Shown piece after piece: positions 27,623-37,533 of a stretch of DNA of 64,000 nt (position 1 is the first letter of the stretch; each line of letters begins with the position of its first letter). The position numbers and the translations under genes are program-made. The stretch is taken from the NCBI GenBank assembly GCA_051251855.1, contig JBPOGI010000002.1, forward strand, positions 128,001-192,000. Direction: 5' to 3'. The notes beneath the pieces were generated by a model. It made no database searches. It was not told the origin of the DNA and worked only from the letters and a program-made list of their open reading frames with translations. This stretch comes from Roseibacillus sp. Its GTDB lineage: Bacteria > Verrucomicrobiota > Verrucomicrobiia > Verrucomicrobiales > Akkermansiaceae.

Positions 27623-28969
27623 ATGAAACTCTTTGGAACAGATGGTATTCGAGGCACTGCGAACGAATTTCCGATGACCCCCGAAATCGCGATGCAGGTG
27701 GGTCGCGCGATTGCACGTATTCTTTCGGCGCAAGAACCCGGGAAGCATCGGGTGGTGCTTGGAAAGGATACTCGCGTCTCGGGTCAGATGCTGGAGTCGG
27801 CGCTGACGGCGGGTCTGATGAGTGAAGGGGCGACGGTCTTGGTGGCGGGGGTCTTGCCGACTCCGGCGGTGGCACATTTGACGCAGAGTCTCTCGTGCGA
27901 TGCGGGGATTATGCTGACCGCTTCACACAATCCGTTCCAAGATAACGGGATTAAGATTTTTGGGCCAGATGGTTTCAAGTTGGGTGATGAGCTGGAGGCG
28001 ACCATTGAGTCTCTCATTGAGGGAGAAACTTTGAAGGAGCCCGCTGCCGGAGCTCAGGTGGGTGAGGTGCAGTTAGTGGCGGATGCCGCGACGCAGTATG
28101 TTGATTTTGCGAAGAATGCGCTGGGTTCCACTCGGTTGGATGGAATGAAAGTGGTGGTCGATTGCGCGAATGGAGCAGGTTACGAGGTCGGTCCGCGAAT
28201 TTTTGAAGAGCTCGGGGCAGAGGTGATTGCGGTGGGCGTTGAGCCTGATGGTCGCAATATCAATCATGAGGTTGGTTCGTTACATCCTGAGCTGGCGGCG
28301 GCGAAGGTGAAGGCGTCGGGTGCAGACCTTGGGGTTTGTCTCGATGGTGATGCGGACCGACTGGCGTTGATTGATGCTGCCGGAGCGATTATCGATGGTG
28401 ATTGTTTGCTCTGCCTTTCTGCATTGGCTCTTCAACGGCAAGGGAAGTTGGATGGCGATACTTTGGTGGCGACGGTGATGTCGAATTTGGGATTGAAGGA
28501 GGCTCTCGCAAAGAACGGCATCGGATTGGAGACGACGGCGGTGGGTGACCGTAATGTTTTAGAGCGGATGCGCGAGAAGGGTTACAGCTTGGGAGGTGAA
28601 AATTCGGGGCACGTGATTTTTGCGCATCATGCCACGACGGGGGACGGTATCATGGGGGCGTTGCAAATTCTGGGTGAGATGAATGCGACGGGGAAAGCTT
28701 TGGCTGAGCTGTCCGACTGTATGGAAATTTTTCCGCAGAAGTTGGTGAACCTGATGGTGACTTCGAAGCCGCCTTTGGAGGAGATTGCGGGGCTCAATGA
28801 GCTCATTGCCGAGGCGGAGTCTGGCATGGGTGAGAGTGGTCGAGTTTTGGTGCGCTATTCGGGGACGGAGAAGAAAATTCGAGTGATGGTGGAGGCGCGT
28901 GATGCGGCGGTGATGGAGAAGTGGTGTGGGGAATTGGTCGTGCTGGTCACGAAAGAAATCGGAGCTTAA
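27623..28969 (+). CDS. glmM: Phosphoglucosamine mutase
   Basis: FGTDGIRG, TASHNP, DGDADR, GGENSGH, RYSGTE. Confidence 0.93.
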   Translation: MKLFGTDGIRGTANEFPMTPEIAMQVGRAIARILSAQEPGKHRVVLGKDTRVSGQMLESALTAGLMSEGATVLVAGVLPTPAVAHLTQSLSCDAGIMLTASHNPFQDNGIKIFGPDGFKLGDELEATIESLIEGETLKEPAAGAQVGEVQLVADAATQYVDFAKNALGSTRLDGMKVVVDCANGAGYEVGPRIFEELGAEVIAVGVEPDGRNINHEVGSLHPELAAAKVKASGADLGVCLDGDADRLALIDAAGAIIDGDCLLCLSALALQRQGKLDGDTLVATVMSNLGLKEALAKNGIGLETTAVGDRNVLERMREKGYSLGGENSGHVIFAHHATTGDGIMGALQILGEMNATGKALAELSDCMEIFPQKLVNLMVTSKPPLEEIAGLNELIAEAESGMGESGRVLVRYSGTEKKIRVMVEARDAAVMEKWCGELVVLVTKEIGA

Positions 28970-28980
28970 ATACGAAGAAT

Positions 28981-29655
28981 ATGAATCATTGGCCTCTTAC
29001 AGACGCTGTCGACACGCTGCCTATTGCAGGAAAGACTCTTACCGAGTGGGTGGCTAGTGGTGGCCTCACTCAAGCTGAGGTTGATGCGGTGCAATACCCT
29101 TGGGAGTTCCTCGATTTGCACGAGCGGCTTTTGGAAAGAGTCGCAGAAGAGGGTGTAGGGTACGCGGAGAGCGAGATTGCTCAGTTGGGGGAGGGCGCTC
29201 GTCTTTTGGTGGGAGAGGGAACTAAGGTTCTACCCGGAGTTTATGTGGAGGGACTTGTTATTGTTGGGGAGGGTTGTAAGATTGGGCCGAACCTTTACTT
29301 GAGAGGGCCCATTTCCATTGGCGACAACTGCCACATTGGGCAAGCGGTAGAGTTGAAGAACACGATTGTGGGTAATGGAACCAATGTGGGGCATCTGAGC
29401 TACATTGGTGACAGTGTGTTGGCGAACAAAGTGAATCTCGGTGCAGGCACGATCACGTCAAACTTAAGGCACGATGGGAAGAATCATCGTTCGGCAGTCG
29501 ATGGAGGAGTTATTGATACCGGTCGCCGAAAGTTCGGAACGATTGTGGGTGATGGGGTGCATACAGGTATTCATACGAGCCTCTATCCAGGCAGAAAGCT
29601 TGGGCCAGACACCACCACTTTGCCGGGTGAAGTGGTATCCAAGGACAAGCAGTAA
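28981..29655 (+). CDS. Stand-alone left-handed beta-helix acetyltransferase (GlmU C-terminal-like)
   Basis: YPW, IGPN.YLR, HLSYIGDS, NLGAGTITSN, KFGTIVGD. Confidence 0.8.
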   Translation: MNHWPLTDAVDTLPIAGKTLTEWVASGGLTQAEVDAVQYPWEFLDLHERLLERVAEEGVGYAESEIAQLGEGARLLVGEGTKVLPGVYVEGLVIVGEGCKIGPNLYLRGPISIGDNCHIGQAVELKNTIVGNGTNVGHLSYIGDSVLANKVNLGAGTITSNLRHDGKNHRSAVDGGVIDTGRRKFGTIVGDGVHTGIHTSLYPGRKLGPDTTTLPGEVVSKDKQ

Positions 29656-29961
29656 GGGCCATTGGGGTCGAGAATCCATCAACATGGAAGACTCTCACTT
29701 GCGATGCTGTTCACGAGGCACATTTGAATTTCATGGAGTTTCTCTCCCATGTGATGAGTGTTCCGAAGAACGCAATTCCGAACCAGATTCAGAAGAGGTC
29801 GGCGAAGGAGAAGGTGCGACTGTGAATGAAATCCCGCCTTCCTTTAGCAAAAAAGCTTGAAGGCTCTAACAAAACATACAATTCAACGGCAGCATCAAAG
29901 GGGCTGCTTCAGTTCCTGAGGGGAGATGCTGAATTTTAGGATCAGAAAGCGGCTTTCGGCT

Positions 29962-31311
29962 CTACTTGGCTGCGGTTTTTAATTTGGCGAAGCGTTGGCG
30001 CATTTCGGCGAGGACTTCGGCGTGTTCTGGATCGTCGATGAGGTCTTGCTCTTCGATGGGATCGGTTTTGAGGTGAAAGAGCTGCTCTACTTCTTGCTCG
30101 GGCCAGTAGAAGTATTTGTAGTCTTTTCGAACGAGGGCTTCGGAGGCGGGGATGAATTCGGCATTTCTCAAAGTGGGGTGCTCGTAGAAGAATTCGCTGC
30201 GCCACTCGGGAGATTTTTCTGAGAGGTAGAGGGGGGCGATGTCCTGCCCTTGCATGTTTTGAGGGGCTTCGATTCCAATGGCGGAGAGGATGGTGGGTGC
30301 GAGATCGACGTTGAGGGTGAAGTCATCATTGGTGGAGCCATGCTTCTCCTTGGGCATTCTTGGATCGTTGATGATGAGGGGGACTCGGATGCTTTCTTGA
30401 TGGGGGTACCACTTATCACCGAGTCCGTGCTCGGCGTGGTAGTAGCCGTTGTCGGTGGTGAAGATGACGAGGGTGTTGTCGAGGACGCCTTGTTGCTTGA
30501 GTTCCGCTATCACTTTTCCGCAAACTTCATCCACTTCGGTCGCGAGACGGTAGTAATTTTTCATCATGCGCTGGAATTTTTCGGGGGTGTCAAACCGCCA
30601 TCCCCAACGGTTGCGACCTTCATTCTTTTCGTCGAAGAACTTGGGGAGACGTTCCCAGGATTCTTGAGTGGCATTGACTGGAACGGGCACTTCGACATCC
30701 CGATAGAGTTTCATGCTGTGAGGTTGCGGGAGGAACTGATCGGGGTGGCTGTCCTCGGCGTGGGTGGCAAAGAAGGCGAGGGTGAGGCAAAAGGGTTTGT
30801 CTTCGGGGCGCTCGCTCAGAAACTGCATGGCGTCGTTTTCGTTGCGTTTGGTGACGTGGACTTTCTTGCCATCGACCTCATACCAGTGCTTTCCTGAATA
30901 AGAGCGGCTGAAGTCGTATTCTTTCGCTGGGAGCTTTCCATTGTGCCATTTACCAATATGTCCCACGTGGTAACCGTTAGAACGAAGGAGGCTGGGGTAG
31001 GTCTCGGCGAACGGGGTCTGAAACGCTTTGAAATCGCGGCAGCCGTGGCGGGACATCCATTGTCCGGTGAAGAGGGAAGCGCGGCTGACTCCGCAAATGG
31101 CGGTGGTCACGCAGTTCTCGGTGAAGCGGACTCCGGTGGAGGCGAGTTTGTCGATGTGGGGTGTTTTGACGACAGGGTTTCCAGCCACTCCCAGGGTATC
31201 GTGCCGCCAATCGTCGGCAAAAAGAACGACAATGTTCATGGGCTTCTCTGGTGCTGCGAAGAGACCATGAGTGGTGAAGGCGAGAAGGCTGATGGTGAGG
31301 AGCGTTTTCAT
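29962..31311 (-). CDS. Sulfatase (Cys-type, formylglycine-dependent)
   Basis: Signal peptide; [23 protein letters not shown]. Confidence 0.92.
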   Translation of the reverse strand: MKTLLTISLLAFTTHGLFAAPEKPMNIVVLFADDWRHDTLGVAGNPVVKTPHIDKLASTGVRFTENCVTTAICGVSRASLFTGQWMSRHGCRDFKAFQTPFAETYPSLLRSNGYHVGHIGKWHNGKLPAKEYDFSRSYSGKHWYEVDGKKVHVTKRNENDAMQFLSERPEDKPFCLTLAFFATHAEDSHPDQFLPQPHSMKLYRDVEVPVPVNATQESWERLPKFFDEKNEGRNRWGWRFDTPEKFQRMMKNYYRLATEVDEVCGKVIAELKQQGVLDNTLVIFTTDNGYYHAEHGLGDKWYPHQESIRVPLIINDPRMPKEKHGSTNDDFTLNVDLAPTILSAIGIEAPQNMQGQDIAPLYLSEKSPEWRSEFFYEHPTLRNAEFIPASEALVRKDYKYFYWPEQEVEQLFHLKTDPIEEQDLIDDPEHAEVLAEMRQRFAKLKTAAK

Positions 31312-31348
31312 TAGGAAATGGCTGAGTGGTAATTGCGAAAGTGTCCTT

Positions 31349-32398
31349 CTATTTAGCCGCAGGTCCGATGCTCTCGCGGGCGATGAAATGTGTCGGGAAT
31401 ACAACCTGCCGCGGTCCTGAGGTGGTTTCAGCGGAGTTTTTATCGAGGCGAGAAATCAGCATCTCAATCGCTGTTCGGCAAATTTTCTCATATCGCTGCC
31501 GAACGGAAGAAAGGGAAACATAAGAAAAAGAGGAAAAGGGAACGTCGTCGACCCCGACCACAGAGAGATCTTTAGGAACTTGGAGTCCGGCTTCCACTGC
31601 CGCTCGAATGCTTCCGAATGCCGAGAGGTCGTTCATTGCAATCAAAGCGGTGGGTCTGGGGGAAAGGTCTTTGGAGAGATGTTCCGCGAAAACTTGATGA
31701 GCAGAATCAATACTGGGCCCGCAGTTGAGAATGGTGACGTTCTTATCGGGGATTTCGGATTCAATCAGAAACTCACGTACGAGAGAGGAGCGGTCTCCAT
31801 CGGCAACTCCTTCCGAGATCGCGTGCAGGAAGACAAAGTGTTGATGTCCCAACTTGCGCAATTGTTTGATGGCCTCTTCCAACCCAAAGGAGAAATCGCT
31901 GAAAATGGAGTCCACAGGGAGCGGAAGCGTTGGAATGCCTGAACCGAGAGCGACCACTGGGTGAGCTGTTTGAGAGTGTCGCGTTAGCTCTTCACGGTAT
32001 TTCTCATTGTCGCTTAAGCAAAGAATCGAGCCATCGACTCCAATTTCCTTGAGCTCTTCGAGTAGGCGTTCTTCACGCGGGATCGAAGAGCGGCAGTTCT
32101 GAATCAAGAGGTCGTAATTGTGTTCCTCGGCAACGCGAGAGAGCGTTTCGGTAAGGAAGGCGTAGAATGGATTGGTGAGATCTTGCACCAGAATCCCGAT
32201 AGTCTGGTAAGAGCCGGAACGAAGAGCGCGAGCGGCTTTGTTCGGTCGGTAGTTGAGATCCTTGGCCGCTTGGAAGACTCGTTCTTCGGTTTCTTTGGAG
32301 GCCCAGGAGTTTGGGCGACGGTTGAGGATGGTCGATGCAGTATTGACTGCGACGCCAGCTCTCTCTGCGACGTCCTTGAGACGAATCTTCTTTTTCAT
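31349..32398 (-). CDS. LacI family transcriptional regulator
   Basis: [35 protein letters not shown]. Confidence 0.92.
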   Translation of the reverse strand: MKKKIRLKDVAERAGVAVNTASTILNRRPNSWASKETEERVFQAAKDLNYRPNKAARALRSGSYQTIGILVQDLTNPFYAFLTETLSRVAEEHNYDLLIQNCRSSIPREERLLEELKEIGVDGSILCLSDNEKYREELTRHSQTAHPVVALGSGIPTLPLPVDSIFSDFSFGLEEAIKQLRKLGHQHFVFLHAISEGVADGDRSSLVREFLIESEIPDKNVTILNCGPSIDSAHQVFAEHLSKDLSPRPTALIAMNDLSAFGSIRAAVEAGLQVPKDLSVVGVDDVPFSSFSYVSLSSVRQRYEKICRTAIEMLISRLDKNSAETTSGPRQVVFPTHFIARESIGPAAK

Positions 32399-32408
32399 GA
32401 ATTTCGGG

Positions 32409-32474
32409 CTACATAAGAAGAATGTAGGAAGTTTCTTATGAAATGAAGAAGTAATTCATAAGAGATGATTACTT
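32409..32474. promoter_or_regulatory. Candidate operator palindromes upstream of the LacI gene
   Basis: CTACAT-N7-ATGTAG and TCTTATGAA-N12-TTCATAAGA. Confidence 0.4.
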
Positions 32475-32640
32475 TTGGCCGCTCAGCCGCTGTGGGATTT
32501 GCAATGCGGCTCCAATCCAGATTCTGGTAACTGTCGGATAGAATCGGTGTCACCTCGATTTCTTCTGACCGCTGGCGTTGACCAATTCGGTAATGAGGAT
32601 GGAGAGCCTTTCGATCTTCTCTGGATCTTGTGGGGAAAAG

Positions 32641-32717
32641 TGGTCGGGATGACAGGATTCGAACCTGCGACCTCTTCACCCCCAGCGAAGCGCGCTACCA
32701 AGCTGCGCCACATCCCG
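32641..32717 (-). tRNA. tRNA-Pro(GGG)
   Basis: CGGGATG acceptor stem, anticodon loop CTGGGGG, GGTTCGAATCC T-arm, encoded CCA. Confidence 0.95.
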
Positions 32718-32875
32718 ACTTGCGGCGGCGGTCTTAACCTTTCAAGGGACCCTTTGGCAAGTGATGTTTTGAATTGTTTTTGTAGCGCGAGAAGAACGGA
32801 AATTGGTGCAAACTCTCGACTGACAAACGGTCTGCTCTCTGCCAGCCTTCTTGTCCTTCACGCCCCCTCATCCCT

Positions 32876-33913
32876 ATGAAAACTATCAAAACTGCGGTTC
32901 TCGGTGCTTCTGGTTATACAGGAATCGAGCTACTCCGATTGCTGCTGTCTCATCCAGCGGTGGAACTGACGGCGATTACTTCGCGAGCGAATGCGGGTCA
33001 GTCGCTGTCTTCGGTGTTGCCTCGTTTTGCTAGTCTGGAGAATGCTGAGATTTCTTTTATTGAGCCGGATATGGATGCGGTGGTGGCTTCGGGGGCAGAG
33101 ACCGCCTTTTTGGCGCTGCCTCATGGAATGGCGGCGGAGTATGCGATTCCGCTTTTAGAGAAAGGGTTGCGGGTGATCGATCTTTCGGCGGATTTTCGTC
33201 TGAACGATGCGTCGGTATACGAGGAGTTCTATGGGCAAGCGCATCCGGCTCCGGAGTGGTTGTCGAAGGCGGTGTATGGAATGCCGGAGTTGTATGCGAA
33301 GGAAATCGTGGAGTCGAAACTGATTGCTTCTCCGGGTTGTTATCCAACCTCGATTATTTTGCCGTTGGTGCCGTTGTTGAAAGCGGGCTTGGTGGATCCT
33401 GCGAGTGTGGTGGTTTCTTCCTTGAGTGGAGTTTCGGGGGCGGGGCGGACGGCGTCGCTGCCTATTATTTTTTCGGAGGTGAATGAGTCTTTGCGAGCTT
33501 ATGGTCTGCCGAAGCATCGTCATTTGTCGGAGATTGAGCAGGAGTTGTCGTTGGCGGCGGGGGAGAAGGTAACGATTACCTTTACGCCGCATTTGGTTCC
33601 GGTGACGCGGGGGATTCATTCGACGATTACGGCGACATTGCGTGGTTCCTTTGAGGAGGTGGGTCAGTCATTGGAGGCTGCTTATGGAGAAGAAACGTTC
33701 GTGCGTTTGTTAGGCGAGGGAGTGGCGGCTGATACGGCGCATGTGACGCGAACGAATTTTGTGGATGTGGGATGGCATCATGATGATCGAACGAACCGAT
33801 TGATACTGACCTCGGCAGAAGATAATCTGACTAAGGGCGCTTCTGGCCAAGCGGTTCAGGCATTCAATCTGCTGCACGACTTACCCGCTTCGACGGGACT
33901 GATGAATATTTAG
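32876..33913 (+). CDS. argC: N-acetyl-gamma-glutamyl-phosphate reductase
   Basis: GASGYTG, LALPHG, DLSADFRL, PGCYPT, SGVSGAG, DNLTKGASGQA. Confidence 0.95.
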   Translation: MKTIKTAVLGASGYTGIELLRLLLSHPAVELTAITSRANAGQSLSSVLPRFASLENAEISFIEPDMDAVVASGAETAFLALPHGMAAEYAIPLLEKGLRVIDLSADFRLNDASVYEEFYGQAHPAPEWLSKAVYGMPELYAKEIVESKLIASPGCYPTSIILPLVPLLKAGLVDPASVVVSSLSGVSGAGRTASLPIIFSEVNESLRAYGLPKHRHLSEIEQELSLAAGEKVTITFTPHLVPVTRGIHSTITATLRGSFEEVGQSLEAAYGEETFVRLLGEGVAADTAHVTRTNFVDVGWHHDDRTNRLILTSAEDNLTKGASGQAVQAFNLLHDLPASTGLMNI

Positions 33914-33936
33914 CGAATCTTTGCCGATAAAAACCG

Positions 33937-35187
33937 ATGCCTTATGAAACTGTGAAAGGAGGGGTTTGCGCCCCCAAGGGATTTCTTGCGAGTGCGCTCT
34001 CGGCTGGGATTAAGAATCCGGATGTCGAGCGGTTAGATTTGGCGTTGATCTACTCGGAGGAGCCCTGTGTCTCTTCGGGGACCTTTACCACCAATCGAGT
34101 AAAAGCAGCGCCGGTGAGGGTGTCGCAGTCGAATTTGCGAAATAATGAGATTCGGGCGATTGTGGTGAACTCTGGCAATGCGAATGCATGCACGGGGATT
34201 CGCGGTTTGGAGGATGCTCGGGCGATGGCAGATTGTGTGGCGAAGCCTCTTAAAATTCGTCGCCGTGAAGTGGGAGTGTGTTCGACAGGGGTGATTGGTC
34301 TTCCGATGCCGATGGAGCGCGTTACTCCTCACGGAGAAGCGTTGGTCAAGAAGCTAAAGCCAACGAGTGGCACGAAAGTGGCGAAGGCGATTATGACTTC
34401 GGACACTCGGCATAAGGAGTTGGCGATTACGACTGAGATTGATGGTCAGATGGTGACTATTGGTGCCTGTGTGAAAGGGGCGGGGATGATTTGCCCCTCG
34501 ATGGCGACGATGCTGTGTTTTGTGACCACGGATGCGAATATTTCGAGGGATTGTTTGGAGAAGGCTCTTTTAGAAGCTGTGGAGGCTTCCTTTAATCGCA
34601 TCACGATCGATGGTGATATGTCGACGAACGATACTGTTTTGGCTTTGGCGAATGGAGCAGCAGGTGGCTCTCGAATTAATCGGAATGCGAAGGGGTGTCA
34701 GAAGTTTCGCGATGCTTTGGAGTGGGTTCTTACCAATCTGGCCAAGGATATTGTGCGCGATGGCGAGCGCGTGACTAAATTTGTGACGGTCGATGTGCAG
34801 GGTGCGCGGACTTATTTGGACGCGAAGAAGGTGGCGGAGGCGGTGGCGAAGTCGCAATTGGTGAAGTCGTCGTGGAACGGAAATGACCCGAACTGGGGAC
34901 GGGTGATTCATGCGGTGGGGTATTCACGAGCGCCGATTCGAGAGGAGTTAATTGATATTTACTATGAGGGTTTACCGGCTTGTGTGGGAGGGTTGGTTGC
35001 GGACACGGCTCTCGAGAAGCTACGGGCTATTGCTAAGAGAAATCGTTTCACAATCACGATTGATCTGAATCTGGGGAAGTCGGAATATACGGTTTACACT
35101 TCGGATCTTTCTCCAGAGTACGTGGATTTTAATCGGTCGGAGTATGCCTATTGGAATCAGGCTCGCAAAGAGGGAATGGTTGAGTAG
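33937..35187 (+). CDS. argJ: Glutamate N-acetyltransferase / ornithine acetyltransferase
   Basis: NSGNANAC, STGVIG, KGAGMI.P.MATML, DMSTND, DPNWGR. Confidence 0.95.
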   Translation: MPYETVKGGVCAPKGFLASALSAGIKNPDVERLDLALIYSEEPCVSSGTFTTNRVKAAPVRVSQSNLRNNEIRAIVVNSGNANACTGIRGLEDARAMADCVAKPLKIRRREVGVCSTGVIGLPMPMERVTPHGEALVKKLKPTSGTKVAKAIMTSDTRHKELAITTEIDGQMVTIGACVKGAGMICPSMATMLCFVTTDANISRDCLEKALLEAVEASFNRITIDGDMSTNDTVLALANGAAGGSRINRNAKGCQKFRDALEWVLTNLAKDIVRDGERVTKFVTVDVQGARTYLDAKKVAEAVAKSQLVKSSWNGNDPNWGRVIHAVGYSRAPIREELIDIYYEGLPACVGGLVADTALEKLRAIAKRNRFTITIDLNLGKSEYTVYTSDLSPEYVDFNRSEYAYWNQARKEGMVE

Positions 35188-35229
35188 GAAAGGTCTAGGG
35201 CGTAGTTTCTAGGGCTTCGAAGAGGTGTT

Positions 35230-35547
35230 TTAAGAGCGACTTTTGGTCCTCACTCGAGCAAGAAGATTGGAGATGGTCCAAGCGAGTAGGGCGGTGAGTG
35301 CGAGAATAGATAGCAATATGCTAACCCAGCCTAAAGACCATACCGCAAGAGATGCTGTTTTCCCTCCAGACCAGTCTCCATATCCGAGTGAAAACATTGC
35401 TAAGAAAGAGGTGGTTAGTCTCTCTGCGATGTTCCCTGAGGTATTAAAAATTCCAGTGACACATCCCGCAATGAGGCACCCCGCGAGCACGCTGATAGTC
35501 TTTAGAAAGGCTCTTTGAAAGAGAGGTGTTGTCGTGGTTGCGCCCAT
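35230..35547 (-). CDS. Small hypothetical membrane protein
   Basis: 2-3 hydrophobic segments; co-oriented with the KamA gene. Confidence 0.55.
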   Translation of the reverse strand: MGATTTTPLFQRAFLKTISVLAGCLIAGCVTGIFNTSGNIAERLTTSFLAMFSLGYGDWSGGKTASLAVWSLGWVSILLSILALTALLAWTISNLLARVRTKSRS

Positions 35548-35576
35548 TTTCAAATAGTGGGAACGAGGGTGGAGTT

Positions 35577-36740
35577 TTAGCGAGGGACGAGGCTCTCGCT
35601 GACTTCGGGGTAGATGAATTTCTTACCTTCGTAGTTTCGCAGGACGACTTCTTTTTCGGTGCGGGAGACGACGTAGTTGGGATTGAGGGGGATTTTTCCA
35701 CCACCGCCAGGAGCATCGAGAACGTATTGCGGGAGGGCGTAGCCAGTGGTGTGTCCGCGGAGGCCTTCGATGAGGTCGAGCCCCGTTTGAACGGAGGTTC
35801 GAAGGTGTGAGGAGCCTTCGATGAGGTCGCACTGATAGAGGTAGTAGGGCTTGACGCGGCACATGAGGAGTTTGTGCAGGAGGGCGGCGTGTATCGGTAG
35901 GTTGTCATTAACTCCACGTAGGAGAACGGACTGGTTCCCGAGTTGAATGCCTGCCTTGGCGAGGCGGGTGAGGCCGTCGCGAACTTCGGTGGTGAGCTCG
36001 CGGGGGTGATTGGTGTGGATGGAGATGAAGAGGGGGTGATGCTTCTCTAGCATTTCGCAAAGCTCGGGGGTGATGCGCTGGGGGAGGAAGACCGGGATGC
36101 GGGAGCCGATGCGCACGAACTGAATGTGAGGGATTTTGCGCAAGCGAGTGAGAATTTTATCGAGTCGGTTGTCGGAGAGGAGGAGGGGGTCGCCACCGGA
36201 GAGGAGGACGTCACGGACGCTGGGAGTTTTCTCGAGGTATTCGAAAGCGGCTTCCCATTGGGTCTCGAGCTTTTGGTCGGAGACTCCAGAGACCACGCGG
36301 GAGCGGGTGCAGTAGCGACAGTAGGAAGCGCAGCGGTCGGTGACGAGAAAGAGGACGCGGTCAGGGTAGCGATGGACGAGTCCAGGCACGGGCATGTGGG
36401 AGTCTTCGCCGCAGGGGTCGGACATCTCGGTGGGGTCGGTGAGAGACTCTTCGATACGCGGGAGGACTTGACGACGAATGGGATCGTCGGGATCGGTGGC
36501 GTGAACGAGATTGAAGAAGTGGGGGGTGATGGCGGTGGCGAGCTTAGTGCCGGTGAGGAGAAGGCCCGCACGTTCTTCTTCGGAGAGGGTGAGGTGTTCT
36601 TCGAGTTGAGGAAGGGTTTTGAGAGAGTTTTTGAGCTGCCAAGTGTGCGAATTCCAGTCCGAGGGTGAAACCTCGGGGAAACGTCCAGGGTAGGAGCTAC
36701 GGAATTGGATTTCCCTTTGGTAGATGGGGTCGTGGGTCAT
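35577..36740 (-). CDS. KamA family radical SAM protein (lysine 2,3-aminomutase-like)
   Basis: HRYPDR, CASYCRYC, SGGDPL, NQSVLL, PYYL, PGGGGK. Confidence 0.9.
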   Translation of the reverse strand: MTHDPIYQREIQFRSSYPGRFPEVSPSDWNSHTWQLKNSLKTLPQLEEHLTLSEEERAGLLLTGTKLATAITPHFFNLVHATDPDDPIRRQVLPRIEESLTDPTEMSDPCGEDSHMPVPGLVHRYPDRVLFLVTDRCASYCRYCTRSRVVSGVSDQKLETQWEAAFEYLEKTPSVRDVLLSGGDPLLLSDNRLDKILTRLRKIPHIQFVRIGSRIPVFLPQRITPELCEMLEKHHPLFISIHTNHPRELTTEVRDGLTRLAKAGIQLGNQSVLLRGVNDNLPIHAALLHKLLMCRVKPYYLYQCDLIEGSSHLRTSVQTGLDLIEGLRGHTTGYALPQYVLDAPGGGGKIPLNPNYVVSRTEKEVVLRNYEGKKFIYPEVSESLVPR

Positions 36741-36847
36741 GCTTTGAGTATGGGTAGTTTAGGGCTTAGCGCCATTATGTCAAAGAGCGGGATTTGGAAT
36801 GACCTTTTCGTGTTCTAGGTAACTAGTTGTCCACAAGGATGTTTAGA

Positions 36848-37504
36848 ATGTTTTCACAAGCTTTACGTGATATTGCGCGGCCTTCTCAGGCAGAAATTTT
36901 GGAGGCTCTTAAGAAGTCGGAAGGGATGCCGATTTCTGACTTAGCGCGAGCAATTGGAATGAGTTACATGGGGGTGAAGCAGCATTGCGTGACCTTGGAA
37001 AAGAAGGGTTACTTGGAATGCTGGCGAGTGCCTCGGTCGGAAGTGGGAGTGGGAAGGCCGGAGAAGCTCTACCGTTTGACGGAGAAGACGGATCCTCTTT
37101 TTCCGCAGGCGGGGGTGGAGTTGACCTTGGAGTTTATGGCTGCAGTGGCTGAGCAGTTTGGGGATACGGCACCCGAGAAGTTGCTATTTCGATTTTATCA
37201 GAAGCGGCGTGAGGAGTGGCAAAAGCGGGTGCTCGTGGGGCGCTCTTTGGTGGAGCGTTGCACGCGCTATGTCGATATTTGGGAAAAGCACGGTGCGTCG
37301 GCTCGGGTGCATCACGAGTCAGGTGAGGGGCTACGGTTGGAGGAGTTCCACAACCCGATGGGACCGATTTTCGAAGCTTATCCATCGGCACGTCGGTTTG
37401 AGGTTCACATGATGGAGCAGCTGCTGGCGACGAAGGTGACGATCGAGGAGCGCAAGGTTTCGAAGTCGGGAGAGAGACTGTTGTATTTGTTGGGGAGCTT
37501 GTAG
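36848..37504 (+). CDS. Winged-HTH transcriptional regulator (ArsR/SufR-like)
   Basis: N-terminal HTH, GRPEKLYRLT...FP. Confidence 0.8.
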   Translation: MFSQALRDIARPSQAEILEALKKSEGMPISDLARAIGMSYMGVKQHCVTLEKKGYLECWRVPRSEVGVGRPEKLYRLTEKTDPLFPQAGVELTLEFMAAVAEQFGDTAPEKLLFRFYQKRREEWQKRVLVGRSLVERCTRYVDIWEKHGASARVHHESGEGLRLEEFHNPMGPIFEAYPSARRFEVHMMEQLLATKVTIEERKVSKSGERLLYLLGSL

Positions 37505-37533
37505 CGGTTGAGCCGCCGACGCCCGGACGTTTT

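Noticed and set aside
32641..32717. tRNA-Sec for the UxxU gene, or a prophage att site
   Set aside because: The anticodon is GGG (Pro) and there is no long variable arm; no integrase or duplicated 3' end was seen.
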